In this document: piece after piece, positions 1 to 12,700 of the stretch
How the letters are laid out: every line of letters begins with the position of its first letter
Position numbering within the stretch: position 1 is the stretch's first letter
Source: Ylistrum balloti
Lineage: Eukaryota
NCBI RefSeq assembly: GCF_031769215.1
Contig: NW_026781926.1
Location: 124,001-188,000 of the forward strand
Length of the DNA stretch: 64,000 nucleotides
Direction: 5' to 3'
The notes under the pieces: generated by a model
What the model was told of the DNA's origin: nothing
The model's database searches: none
Seen by the model: the letters and a program-made list of their open reading frames with translations, nothing else
Program-made: the position numbers and the translations under genes

Positions 1-741
1 GAAATTAACTGTACAAATTAACAGGAGAAGAAAGTCTCTACAAATGAAATTTTATTTTTTGATGAGATTGGTCTTGTGAGTGAAATGAATATACAATACT
101 GAGTCTTTTGTCCAATCAAATCTCGATAAATGAAATGATCACTATACATGATAATTGACCTAGTACCTAGTACTGACTTATTTTTTATGAAATGTGAGAA
201 AATACTGGATTTACATTATTAAATGTACAACAATGATAATGTACATATATATACAAATGATATTCAACAAGCTATAACTGGTATTAACAAGATCCAATCT
301 CCTGCTCCAAACCAGTTCATAAATTATCTCGACATTGCTGAACCAATAAAAGTTCTGCGAACTTCAACAGCTCATGATTTAGTTTCATGTGAAGCACTGG
401 ATAGAGCAGACATGATATAGGAGGTGTTGCTGGTGAAGCAGATGAGATACCAATCTACAGATAGTTTTGTATGTGGCCAGTCTATTGTGTAGAAGGGCTC
501 CACTTCCTATTGTATTTGGTTGTGTAGAAGCTGTTCACAGAATGCTGGTATACAACACTTATACATCTACTGTAGTGATTTCCGTGATCACATGACAACT
601 TCATATAACAAATCCAGGTTACACAACACTCCTCATGTCACGAGATTCATCATAGCACCTGTTGTCCTCACACATCTGTGATTGGTGAAGCCTTGCTAAG
701 GGATGCTGAGACTAGAGTTCTAGTACTAGCTATTCCACTTC

Positions 742-3700
742 TCATAAGTACAAACTGGCAGCAAATACAATATCCCTCTTTATACTCCTTATAGCTGTTA
801 ATAGAACACAACCAAGAATTATTTTCGAAATATCCACTTCAAGAAAATTATATTTTGATGACAAATTTTGAAATGGACAAAAGAAAATTTACAGATATGT
901 GATCTCCTGCAACATTCACCTTTGTATTAGGTTTGTTGTGAGAGAGAAACTTTTGACTGTATTTTCTAACTAACCAAAGAGTTGACATTTGTAAGCTAAC
1001 ACTGATCAGTAAGATAGCACATCAAGTTCTAGGTAACGAAACCTCTGTCATTGAAACAGATGATTTTCTTGGTCAAACTGATAAAGAATATAAACATAAT
1101 GGCTGCATTTCTACAGTGCTTACATTCTGCAAATTTGTTCTCCAGTTCTGTGTTTCCGATGGCTTTGGCAGCTTGGCACATCTGTCTGAGTGTTTCCTCC
1201 AGTCGCCTCATACATCGGATTATACTGCCTACAAGTTATATCAATCATATACAGAAAAGTTTATTATAATGATATGGTAGGCTTGAGGTTATCTGCTTAC
1301 ATTGCTAGGTTAAAGTCTATTTAGTTTTGTAGCTGAAGTTTACCTAGTTATCCGGGCTGATTTAAGTGTCTAGTTGTATTGGTAGGTTCAAAACAATCTT
1401 GTTGAGAGTCTTTATGAAGCTGGCTTCAGCTTTTTTCTTAATGTCATTGTTTTCAAATGGTTATTTTTTTTTTTTAATTAGATCCAGGATCCAGTCAATT
1501 TTTCAGTACAATCCACTACTTGTCCAGTAATTATGTATTATAGTGAGGATATATACAAACAACAGAAATAAGAAAAGGCACCTAAGTACAAGACAATATT
1601 GGTATGTTAGCCTGTTTGGTTTATTACAGGATAAAGACACTGAGGTGGCCAGCTATTTTCCTTGTCCTGTAACAAGCCCACACCCTCACTCTGCATCAGA
1701 AGTAGTGTTTGTACCCTAGGCTCATTGCAGGATCAATATCATCAAAATTTATCCATATATGTTTTTTTGACTTCCTCCCTTTCCCTTTCCTGTACAAAGT
1801 ATATGCATAGCTGGAAACATCGAACACATCATTCATAAAACGATCGAAACATTAAACACCATCTTCATAAAAGGTTGTCCATATCTCACCTTCAAAAATG
1901 TCTGACATTTTACAGATCTCTGCAAAGGTTGCTCCATTGCACCAAGCATTGACAATATCCATCATATGTGGTTTGAATGAATCTGCATACTGTTCTTCAT
2001 CAATATCAATCTTTGCTTCCCGACTGACCCGCGCAATCCTCCGTGCTGTGTCCTGATCAAATTACACCAAATATTACATTACACTTATTCTTCTGATATT
2101 ATTTGATGCTTAAAGAATAATTTAAAGACAAATATCTCAAACCTTGGCAATATTTTCCTACAGAAAATTTGAAGTTTAGAACATCCATGAAATGGACCTG
2201 GGTTTGAACCGGAACTTAAAGCCATGGGCTAAATTCCAAAGTACATTTTCAATGAAAAATAAAAAATAAGCACACATCTATCATGGGTACTGTTCATTAA
2301 CTTCAGTGCAAGGGTATGAAATCACTCATAACAGGATATTTCCGTGATCTGGACAGGTCATCACAAGCTATTTATAACATGAATTGTATCATCTACATAA
2401 CCTGGACAAGCCTTGATGCAGAGAGGACCTAACAAAGCTATTTCTGGCTATATCACAATACCAGCATGTTCCATGGAATGCTCTGACCAAACCATTTCTA
2501 ACCTGACTTGTGTTACCTGCATGATTCGGAGAGGTCCTGATAAAGCCTCAGTCAGTTTAGGCATCTCACTGGATTTTTCTTGAAACACAAAACAGCTCAT
2601 GAGTGCACATGTCTGCTGGGTTGTCAGATCGTTGAACACGCCGTTAAAAAGAAGTTCTGTCAGCAGCAACTCATCCCCACTGAAACAGTTATATATACAT
2701 ATACAAACAGGATCCAATATAAAATACCACACATAAATAATCAACCTGTAACCATGGAAACTCTTTATTTCAAAATCTAGGAATTCAAAACTTTAAGTCA
2801 AATTTAAACCATATGACTATATATAGCAAAACTTCAACCATGAAATCTATAACTTAAGGTGGTGTGTGGTGTGTTTTTTACCTGCTGATCTCACAAGCCA
2901 CCCTTCCTTTAAGTTCTATGACATCGGAGGCAGTACAGTAACCAAGGCGCCGCAAGACCCGCTTGCGGCACTTCAATTCATCCATCTGTAGAAGTGACTT
3001 CTTTTTCTTAAGCTCTAACTTAATGGCTTTTACTTCATTACCCACCTGTAATTTTGAAAATAACTTTTGTTATACAAGTTTATGTTGAAGTTCAAGAGTT
3101 AGGTCTCTATAGAACTTACTATAAATAAAGTATGAAAATCAGAAACACTCATGATATTTCAGAGAACATAGAATACAATGATAGCCCTATTCTACAGTTC
3201 CCTGGTTATGGCTGATCATCCAAAACTTAATCTGGGAACATGATATTCATTAGTATCATATTATACTACTACAAACTTTGAGTTTTAATATCCTCAGTGC
3301 GTTAACTCTTCTTAACCCTCCTCTTTTACAACTAGCAGTACTACATTCTACACATTACAACCTACCTTAGCTTTCTTCTCATACTCCTTGTAGTACTCCA
3401 AAAGGTTAGGATCTTTGTGAAGTGGATGTGAGTACATCCTATGCTCAAATGCTTCAATTTTCTGGAAAAGAAATGTGTTCATAAATTGTTTGAAATATAA
3501 TCATATAACATTTGGATTTTCTTTTTTTTTCATCATAAAGCAAACAATAAAAATCATCTATAACGAAAATATTTACATCTCAGAAACCATAAGGATCCTT
3601 ACATCACCAAGGGAGGTAATTCTGTGACTAACCTTGACTATTTCTTTGAGACCTTTCTCCTTGATTCCCATATCCTCTACAGGGTCAAGTAGAGGTATTC

Positions 3701-6700
3701 CATCTGGGAACCGCCTCTCCACTTCCTGGAGAGACTTGGATACACTCTGTCTGTTGTCAGTTGGACGAAGGTCCTGTGGGATGTACAGTCTTACAGCACT
3801 GACTGACTGGATCAGACTGGTGAGGACCGGTACAACCTGGATAAAGGAAACTAGCCCTCATAAAACTACATAAAACACTCTATATCACAAAAAGCCTTAT
3901 GTTTGATTTGTTTATTCAAAAATATATAGTTACTGGGATATCCATTTTAACTGGAAAACCAAGCATCAGACCAATCTTCACCAATCTCATACCACTCAAA
4001 ATACTGACAGTCGTAGGGGAATGTGTGAAGGAGATATGGCAAAAACAGAGTGAAACAGACAGTTGTATTGTATGGTTAAAAGTTGTTGGTAGTTGTACAG
4101 GTATAAGACTGAAAAAGTACATCCACAAAACATTTGTTCCTACCTGCATTTCACCACGCACGCCTTGCGGACAGGCTTGTATGGAGGTTATGTTACGTGC
4201 TCGTGCACTCTCCTTTGTCAGGTTCAGTAAGACCTCTGCTACATAGACTGGATCGGATGCCTCAACTGACTAAATACATAATGCAACATCATATATATCT
4301 CAATAGAATCACTTGCAAATTGATAAAATATGTCCCAGTTGTCTCCAGATTAACACAGAGAATACAATAATTTACCTGCATTGACCTTTTTTCAGTAAAG
4401 ACTAATACTAGAAAACAAAATACATTAAGTCCTGATACCATGTAAGCATAGTTTTAGTCTTAAAATCCCAATTTGTTTCAATTGTCTATTGTATCCTCTT
4501 CTCTAGAAAAAAGCTGAGCTGTCAGAGGCATTTAATAGCATGACAGTGAAGTATAGAATTTAGCAATCAAGGGTAATTATGTAACATGCCACAAGCCTGT
4601 ATCATACAGGTTTAAGAAATTCTGTTTTACAATGACATTCTTAGAAGGTTCTGTTTGTAAATTATTCATATTCATGGAAAGTAAGTGAAATCAATGAAAT
4701 TTCTTTCCATCTGAGACAGATTTATTTAATTTACTGAGAAAATATTCAACATAACTTAAGTAAGACATCACAATTCCAATATATTTCAAAATTTGTATGT
4801 TACTTGATAAATACAATATCTGTTTTTTTACACTTTACACTTAATTTTGTTGTTTTACAAAGATAGACTTACCTTCTTCTGATTTGACTTCTTCTGTAGG
4901 TTGACAAGTACTCCCCAGCCAAAGTCATCTTCTCCATTTTTTACCTAGAAAACAGAAGTAAACTGAAGCACACAGGAGATTTTCTACTTCATACACAGTG
5001 TACATGACACTACTTTCCTTCATGACATTTAATAGCAGAAATGCAAAAAATGTCTGTTTATCTTTGTTATATCTTATTTTGGCCCTGCTTGGTTGTAAGA
5101 AGGACAGTTGGTAGTGAGAAGAGAGTTACCTTGACAACACTGCCTGGTTGTAGGAAGGACAGTGGGTAGTGGGTACAGTGTTACCTTGACAATACTGCCT
5201 GATTGTAGGAAGGACACTACGTAGTGGGTACAGTGTTACCTTGACAATACTGCCTGATTGTAGGAAGGACACTACGTAGTGGGTACAGTGTTATCTTGAC
5301 AACACTGCCTGGTTGTAGGAAGGACAGATGGTAGTGAGAAGAGAGTTACCTTGACAACACTGCCTGGTTGTAGGAAAGATGGGTATGTAACAGAGGTCAT
5401 AATTAATTTCAATGCTTCCGCTAGGAATCAAACCCATGACCCCTGGCTTACTAGTCTGACACTCAACCAATCGAGCTATAGAGAAGTTCTCTCTGGCCGA
5501 GTGGTATATTGCGGCTAGTACATACTCTCCCTCCAGGAAATAACTCATCCTCGAGTTTCCAGGGGTTACAGCGATGCAGGTGGGGCATGGCTAAGTACTA
5601 TTGCCCAGTCCCTACATGGGCGCCAATGTAACAGAGGTCATTATTTATTTCAATGCCTCCTCTAGGAATCGAACCCGGGACCACTGGCTTACTAGTCTGA
5701 TGCTCAACCTATCGAGCTAAAGAGAAGTTCTCTCCAGCCAAGTGGTATATTGCAGCTAGTATTTTACCAGTGTTACAGGTAGAGAGTTACCTTGACGATC
5801 GTACCTGTCTGTAAGAAGGACCAAAGCTGGTGGGAAAAGAGTTACCTTGGCAACCTTGCCCGATTGTAAAATGAACATTAGGCAGTGCGTATCAATTGAC
5901 ATTAATGACCCTGCCTGGTTGTAAAATGAGCATTAGATAGCAGGTATAGATTTACCTTGATGACCCTGCCTGGTTGTAAAAAGGGCAGCAGATACTGTGG
6001 CTTCTGTATGTACTGTAGAAGCTCCTTTCCAAGATTGTCTAATTGTTGTCGTATTTTATAGTAAGGTCCAACCTGTTCTTCATTTGGAACATGAACATTA
6101 GCATATTCATCCTCCACCTTCTTCAATTCTGAAAAAGTTAACCATTTCATCTCAATGAATTTTTTTTGTTTTATTTTCCTCTGATGAAACTTGTATGTTT
6201 GATAACAAAAACAATGCTGCCAACCTGTTCTCTGTAAAATACTGAGTCAATGCCTGAAAGTAGCCAACAAGTACTTCCTTCAGCTTACACATTAGTTTGA
6301 GCCATTTCGTTTGAGAAGATTTCTGAATCTGAACAAAAATTGAAATGTTTGGATCTCTTTTGATTTTGAATTTTAAATTTCATTAAAAAACCATTAGTTT
6401 TCCTCCAAATTAATAAGACATGAGGTAGAGCTGTATACAGAATACTTGATTTTAGCCTTCTTTTTTTGGTCAGTTCCTTTTTACTTACGCTCACACAATT
6501 CAGGAATAGCAGCATAGTTCTGAAACTGGTAGAAGGAGCGCTCCAACATGTACTCCGGATTAATTTCTTCCACTCGTAAAAGGTTTAGCACCATGTTGTA
6601 GGTCAAATGAAAAGCAGAGTTCAGAGAGTCAGCCTCACCCTGTATAAGAATAAGTAATAGATAATATGTTATTTTCGTTACATTTTTTTTTACAAAATAA

Positions 6701-9700
6701 TTCATTTTGATTCAATTGAATATGTAGTTTTCATCAAAATCTGTCCTATTTTCATCAGTTATCAGTTACCTTGACAACAGTCTTGCCAACTTGAGGGCTC
6801 ATCTTTTCATCCACCATCAAAATTACAATTCCACGGTCGTCAAGACCTCTTCGTCCTGCTCGACCACTCATCTGTATGTACTCTCCTGATGTTAGCTAAA
6901 ACAGCAGGTTAATTATAAAATTTCATTTTAATATAAAACTTTAAAATCAAGTACCAAACTTCCTCAATCCACAATTAAAAACTCAGTATCATATTAGTAC
7001 TATCCTCCTTATCCTTCAATTCACCAGCCTAACATCCTACTACTACACCACAGAACCCCTATATTCACCTGCCCAACATCCTACTACTACAACACTGTGC
7101 CACTATATTAACCAGCCTAACATCCTACTACTACACCACAGTACCCCTATATTTCCCACCTAACATCCTACTGCTACACCTCTGTGTCCCTAATTCACCA
7201 GCCTAACATCCTGCTACTACACCACAGTACCCCTATATTTCCCACCTAACATCCTACTACTACACCTCTGTGTCCCTATATTCACCTGCTAACATCCTAC
7301 TACTACACCGTGTCCCTATATTCACCAGCCTAACATCCTACTACTACACCACTGTGTCCCTATATTCACCAGCCTAACATCCTACTACTACACCACTGTG
7401 CCCCTATATTCACCAGCCTAACATCCTAATACTACACCACTGTGCCCCTATATTCACCAGTCTAACATCCTACTACTACACTACAGTACCCCTATATTCA
7501 CCAGCCTAACATCCTACTACTACAACACCGTGCCTCTAAATACTGTACAGCTGGTTATTTTGGTGTGAATGATATTTTTTCCAATTCCATAGGATATTAA
7601 CATTATCACAAAACTTTGAACCATGAAATAATAAGACACAAGTACATTATATTTGTTATCAAATATCATTAATATGATGAAAAATCACAGACATTTCAAA
7701 CTATCAAAGAATAATTAAAATAATAATGGTCCAGAACATTACTTATACAGGTTATATGTTACACGATATAGAATTTTGCATTAAAAGCAGAAATTACTAT
7801 CATTATTATTTATCATAACTGGGGTGTCGATAAATAATATTCACAAAAAGTAATTATACTCTTTTATCCAGATTGCACAATTCCTATTCGTTAAAATTTT
7901 ATTCTCCTTTTCATGCTATTCAGTATTTAATACTTTCTCACAGTATCCAGGAAGTAAATATTTTATATTACAATGCAGTACACAAAGATCTGTAGCCTGA
8001 AGTACATAGAATCAATAACTGCCAACACCTTATGACCATGATACATACCCATCGAAAATCTTTCCCGTCAAATTTCCTAGCACTAGTGAACAATACTGTC
8101 CTGGCAGGCATGTTAAGTCCCATAGCAAAAGTCTCTGTAGCAAACAGTGCCTGAAACAAGAACAAGTCAACTTATCATATTAATTATATCTTTATTTACA
8201 TCTAAGATGTTACAAAATACAATAATGACATCACATTGATGATCTCTATCCATGTTAGTATGACTGATGTTTAACGTATATAAAATCAATAGGCCTTTCT
8301 AGATCCTGTTATGAATTGAAACAGAAACTTAAATGGACTTTTATGACTGTACGCACAATTGTCTGAGATAATTTAGACAGATTTTTTTTGTTTCATTACT
8401 TAGCATACATTACTACTTGATCAGATGTCAAGTGATTAATCCCATTTCAATTTAAAAAATTGTAAAACAACTTCCTTAACTACTCATTTTCATGAGTTTT
8501 GTCTCACAAAACCTTTGAGTCTGTTATTTTTCACAAAACAGACTATGCTGTTACACCATCTTCTATATTTATTGGCCCTATCTGATAGGTGACAATTTTT
8601 CTTCATGAATTTGCACACAGAAGAAAGTTGGTTTATCACACTGTAAACAGATTTCATTGACTTAACAATCAACAAGATTGAGCAAAACACATATAAAGCC
8701 TATACATATAAGCTCTCTCAATCGGCAGGTCAAATACTTCAAAAGTGTCAATTTTGTCAGGGACAGGGAGGGATAGGATGGTGTGAGACGGGGCAAGAAG
8801 GATGGGACTGGAGAGACGGGACACGACAGATATACAGATAACCAGCACCAAACATCCCGGTGATAGAAAGATTATAAAACAAGAAAAATCCTTCAAATGT
8901 GTTGAGGTGAATTATATTATGAATGAAATGAAGGACAGATATTATGACAAAACCCAAAGTTACCTTAATGAGTCCTTCAGAGAACAGGATCTCTATAGTT
9001 TCCTTAAGAAGGGGCAGTAGACCAGAATGATGGATACCAACTCCTTTCCTCAAGAGTGGCAGGACATGTTCCACCTACAAGTCACAGTTTAGAGAGAACA
9101 ATTATTCATCAAACACATATTGAAAGATTCAGCAACGATTCAACTTTTAATCTTACATATCTTACAGATTTATACTTCATCAACTTCATCATCTGATGTT
9201 GCTAGAAACTTTTCCTAATTGCCAATTATACTCTTAAAATGAATTCTATTCAAATAACATTCATATTTTACAGTTTTTAATTAATCATCTTCAAAATTCT
9301 GATGTTACTAGAATTTGTTGACCTACTCTACAATTAAAATGAAGTCTGATAGAAGAGTTCTAATTTATAAATTAACATGGCTTAGTTCTAATTTATCATA
9401 ACATAAATGTACTGTTAATGTTCTTATTCTACCACATTATCACTTTTTGGCAAATAAGCATAATTGTGAATTCCCACAACCATGATGTTTGCTATTTAAA
9501 TGCAACAAGTGCTATCATTTTTTAGTGCAATAATTAAATGAAATTATCACTAAGATATGTACACTTATAAGAAAAAAAAATTTACCTGTGGAAGTTTTTT
9601 GTCTTCATCAGATAAGTTATCTATTGCATTGTTGAAAACCTCTTCTACTAAGGACTTTTCTTCCTCTGAAATACAAATATTCAACAGTTAAGATACATGA

Positions 9701-12700
9701 AAACATTACTAACAATTCAATAATTAGAACGTATGTGAGAATGTAAATATGGCTGCCAAACCTTTTTCTAGAGGACAGCAATATCAAACAATGTATTTTA
9801 CTATCATTTAGATAGCTATTTTGATAAAGTTCGCTTTTCTGCAGATGGAATTAAACTCACGAAAAATAGAAATTTTGCGAATAAAATTATTAAAAGAATT
9901 CATATTATTTTATAATTTCCATAATTTTTCATCTTTTCTGTTTAAAGTTTTTGGTAAAACCGCAAAAATTTGCCCTATCAATAAAAACATTACATCAGTG
10001 TACTCTCACAATATGCTGAAAATAAGGAACCAACAATTATTACAAAAGTTTACAAAAGAATCATGTATCACCCGTGTATTGTGTGCCAGAAACATATGTA
10101 TATATGTAGATTGTAATTAGTTGGCATTACCAAAATAATTTATCAATTTGGTTACACTTTAATCATATGTACATCTGATGTAAATTGTAGCGGAAAATTA
10201 GATATAATACAAACTAACCAACAAATTACTTAAAAACCAGAACTAAAGAAAGCTATGAAAATACTCAATCATGCAAAAAAATCAAAGTAATTGATTTAAA
10301 ATCTCATTCTTTTACCTTTATTTTGTTCATATCTTAGAAAACATATGTTATTGTAAAATGCCCTACTTTATTTTCCTTGTATCTAAGAAAACATATATAA
10401 GAAGTGGTAACTAGAGGGGTTTACCTGAGTTAAAGTCTAGCTTGGCCATCTGCATGGCATAAGCCTCACAATCCTTTTTACTAAAACTAAACACTATCAC
10501 AGGGGCAAAGCTTCGCTCCATAATCATCTTCACAATCTTGAAGCAGTTTGTTTCATTTCCTGAAAATAAAGACTAGATAGTTATATCCTACTGAGAATGC
10601 AATCTTCACAACTTTGTTGGTATTGCTTGATGAATTTGCATCATATGTCAAATGTGACCTCTGACCCTTTAACCTTGACCATTGACTACCTTGATGTTTA
10701 AGTTTTAGAAATTCATGTAATGACATTTTGTACAAATATAAACCAAATCTCAAAATACGGCACTCATTCTGGACAGGAAGGCACAGGACATGATGAACAA
10801 GACATGGATAACACTATAAGCCCTACCCCTGTAAAAGTAAACATGAACACCACCATTTCCATCTGACAACACCCATCTTTTACCTTTTGCTCCACCTCGT
10901 CTTCCCCACTTATCACCCTTAGACGCATCACCTGCATCCCGTAAAACAGACATGGCTGTGTTGAAGTTCTCTTCTCGAAATTCACCCTAAAAATGAATCA
11001 TTCATGAAATATTTGTGACAAGCATACATGTGACCTATGACCTTTTCTAAGACAACATTCATTATACAGCCATTAATTAACTCATTCAGACAGATTTCCT
11101 TTCTCATTTATCTGTGTATCGATTACTAACAACTTATTCTGTTATCTTCAATACTTTCTGTTTACCATCATTTTTAAGAATCAAACCAACAGTGATTCAT
11201 AACATCAGCAATAATAGGTAAGGTAAGAGAAATAGGCAATGTAAGATATAAGTTATCGAGGCACAAATCCTCAGAAATTAATTTTCCTTGATCCAAACTT
11301 GGAGCTGACTCACATCCTTTGCATACTTACATTTTCATCCACAACAAGGTGAATGCCATCCCCACCAGATGGAAATATGTAGTGTTGTAGAGGGGTTGGT
11401 CTGTAATCTGTGTACACAACATGACAAGGCTGAAACAAAACAAATGATAGACTTAGAATCAGCATGATTCAATTTTTCTTTACTGAACTTTAAATGTTAT
11501 GCTTTGGCTGCATTTAGCTTTAAATATATTTAAAAAAAGTTACTGGAAAGTTGTTTTTTAAAACTATGAAATATGAAGAACACATTAACATCATTGTTAA
11601 ATACTTATATCATTTATAATTATGAAATATAAATCTTAACTGGAGTTACATCTCCTGTTTTACTTTTATTGTACATGTATTTGTTTCATTGTTGCTTTAC
11701 ATCCTATCAACAGCCAGAGTCATTTAATGACAGGTCAGGTTTGGGCAGTGGAGGAAAGAAGAAGTTCCCAGAGAAGAGCCAGCTACCTGCAGCCAATACC
11801 TGGCACATGCCCTATGTAGACCTCGAACCCAGAGGTAGAGGGTGAGTGATAATGACTGTAAGATGCTCTACTTAGCCACTGCAGCCCTCCTTTTGTTATA
11901 ACTAATGATATTCGAATCTTTCACAACATTTATCAAGTCTTAGTGTCTAGTAACATGTTTCTAGGTCTACACATTGTTGTTTCATTAATTTAGGGTGTGT
12001 TAGTGTAATTAATGTGAATATTCTGGACAGATCTTCGCCACATTATTCTAGGAACCGCCATTAACTAAACATTTCTACATTCAAGCACATTAAACTTTAT
12101 CCATGTGGCATTAATCCTCTACCACAGTAGGTTACTTTGAACACAATTCAATTTCTGCAGGTTATAGGTCAACAATATTTGTTTCAAAGAAGCCATATGA
12201 CAGTTAATAGGCCCTGGTATGTGAAATTCAATTATATTGTCATATACAGTGAGGTTAGGATGTCAGCGTATATAGAATGGCTCCCATTACCAGCTCAGTT
12301 GCATACTTCACAGGTATTTCCCATCTTGTCAGATCAAAGCTGTAATACATTTGTGGCTACAGGTCAGAATGATCTCAATTACCTGTTTATGTAAATGGCA
12401 GATCCATTCAGCAAACTGGCGTGCATTGGGGATGGTGGCCGATAAGAACACATAATGGACATTATCAGGAAGCAGGATGATTGTCTCCTCCCAGACCACG
12501 CCCCTTTCTGGTAAAGCATAAAGGAATTAAAATTCTAATGCACAGCAACATATTAAATGTCAGGTACTACGAGCAGAATGGCAAGACTAGCGTCAGACAC
12601 TGAATGATTTCATGTGAAATTACTGCCTTCTATCATTTTATGTTGATGTTTCAGAATTTAAATCAACAGTTAAAATATGCACTGAATTTCAATAGAATTT

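Noticed and set aside
3899-4246. 115-aa plus ORF and 81-aa minus ORF 3916-4161
   Set aside because: Antisense shadow and intron read-through of MTREX exon 18; no recognisable domain.
5652-5720. tRNA-Thr(AGT) gene
   Set aside because: Anticodon and acceptor stems do not pair; it is the tRNA-derived part of an LTR.
5071-7535. Regularly spaced repeats as a CRISPR array
   Set aside because: No unique spacers, no cas genes, eukaryotic intronic context.
9129-9193. C/D-box-like pair in MTREX intron 11
   Set aside because: Weak terminal stem, lies in a decayed local duplication, no identifiable target.
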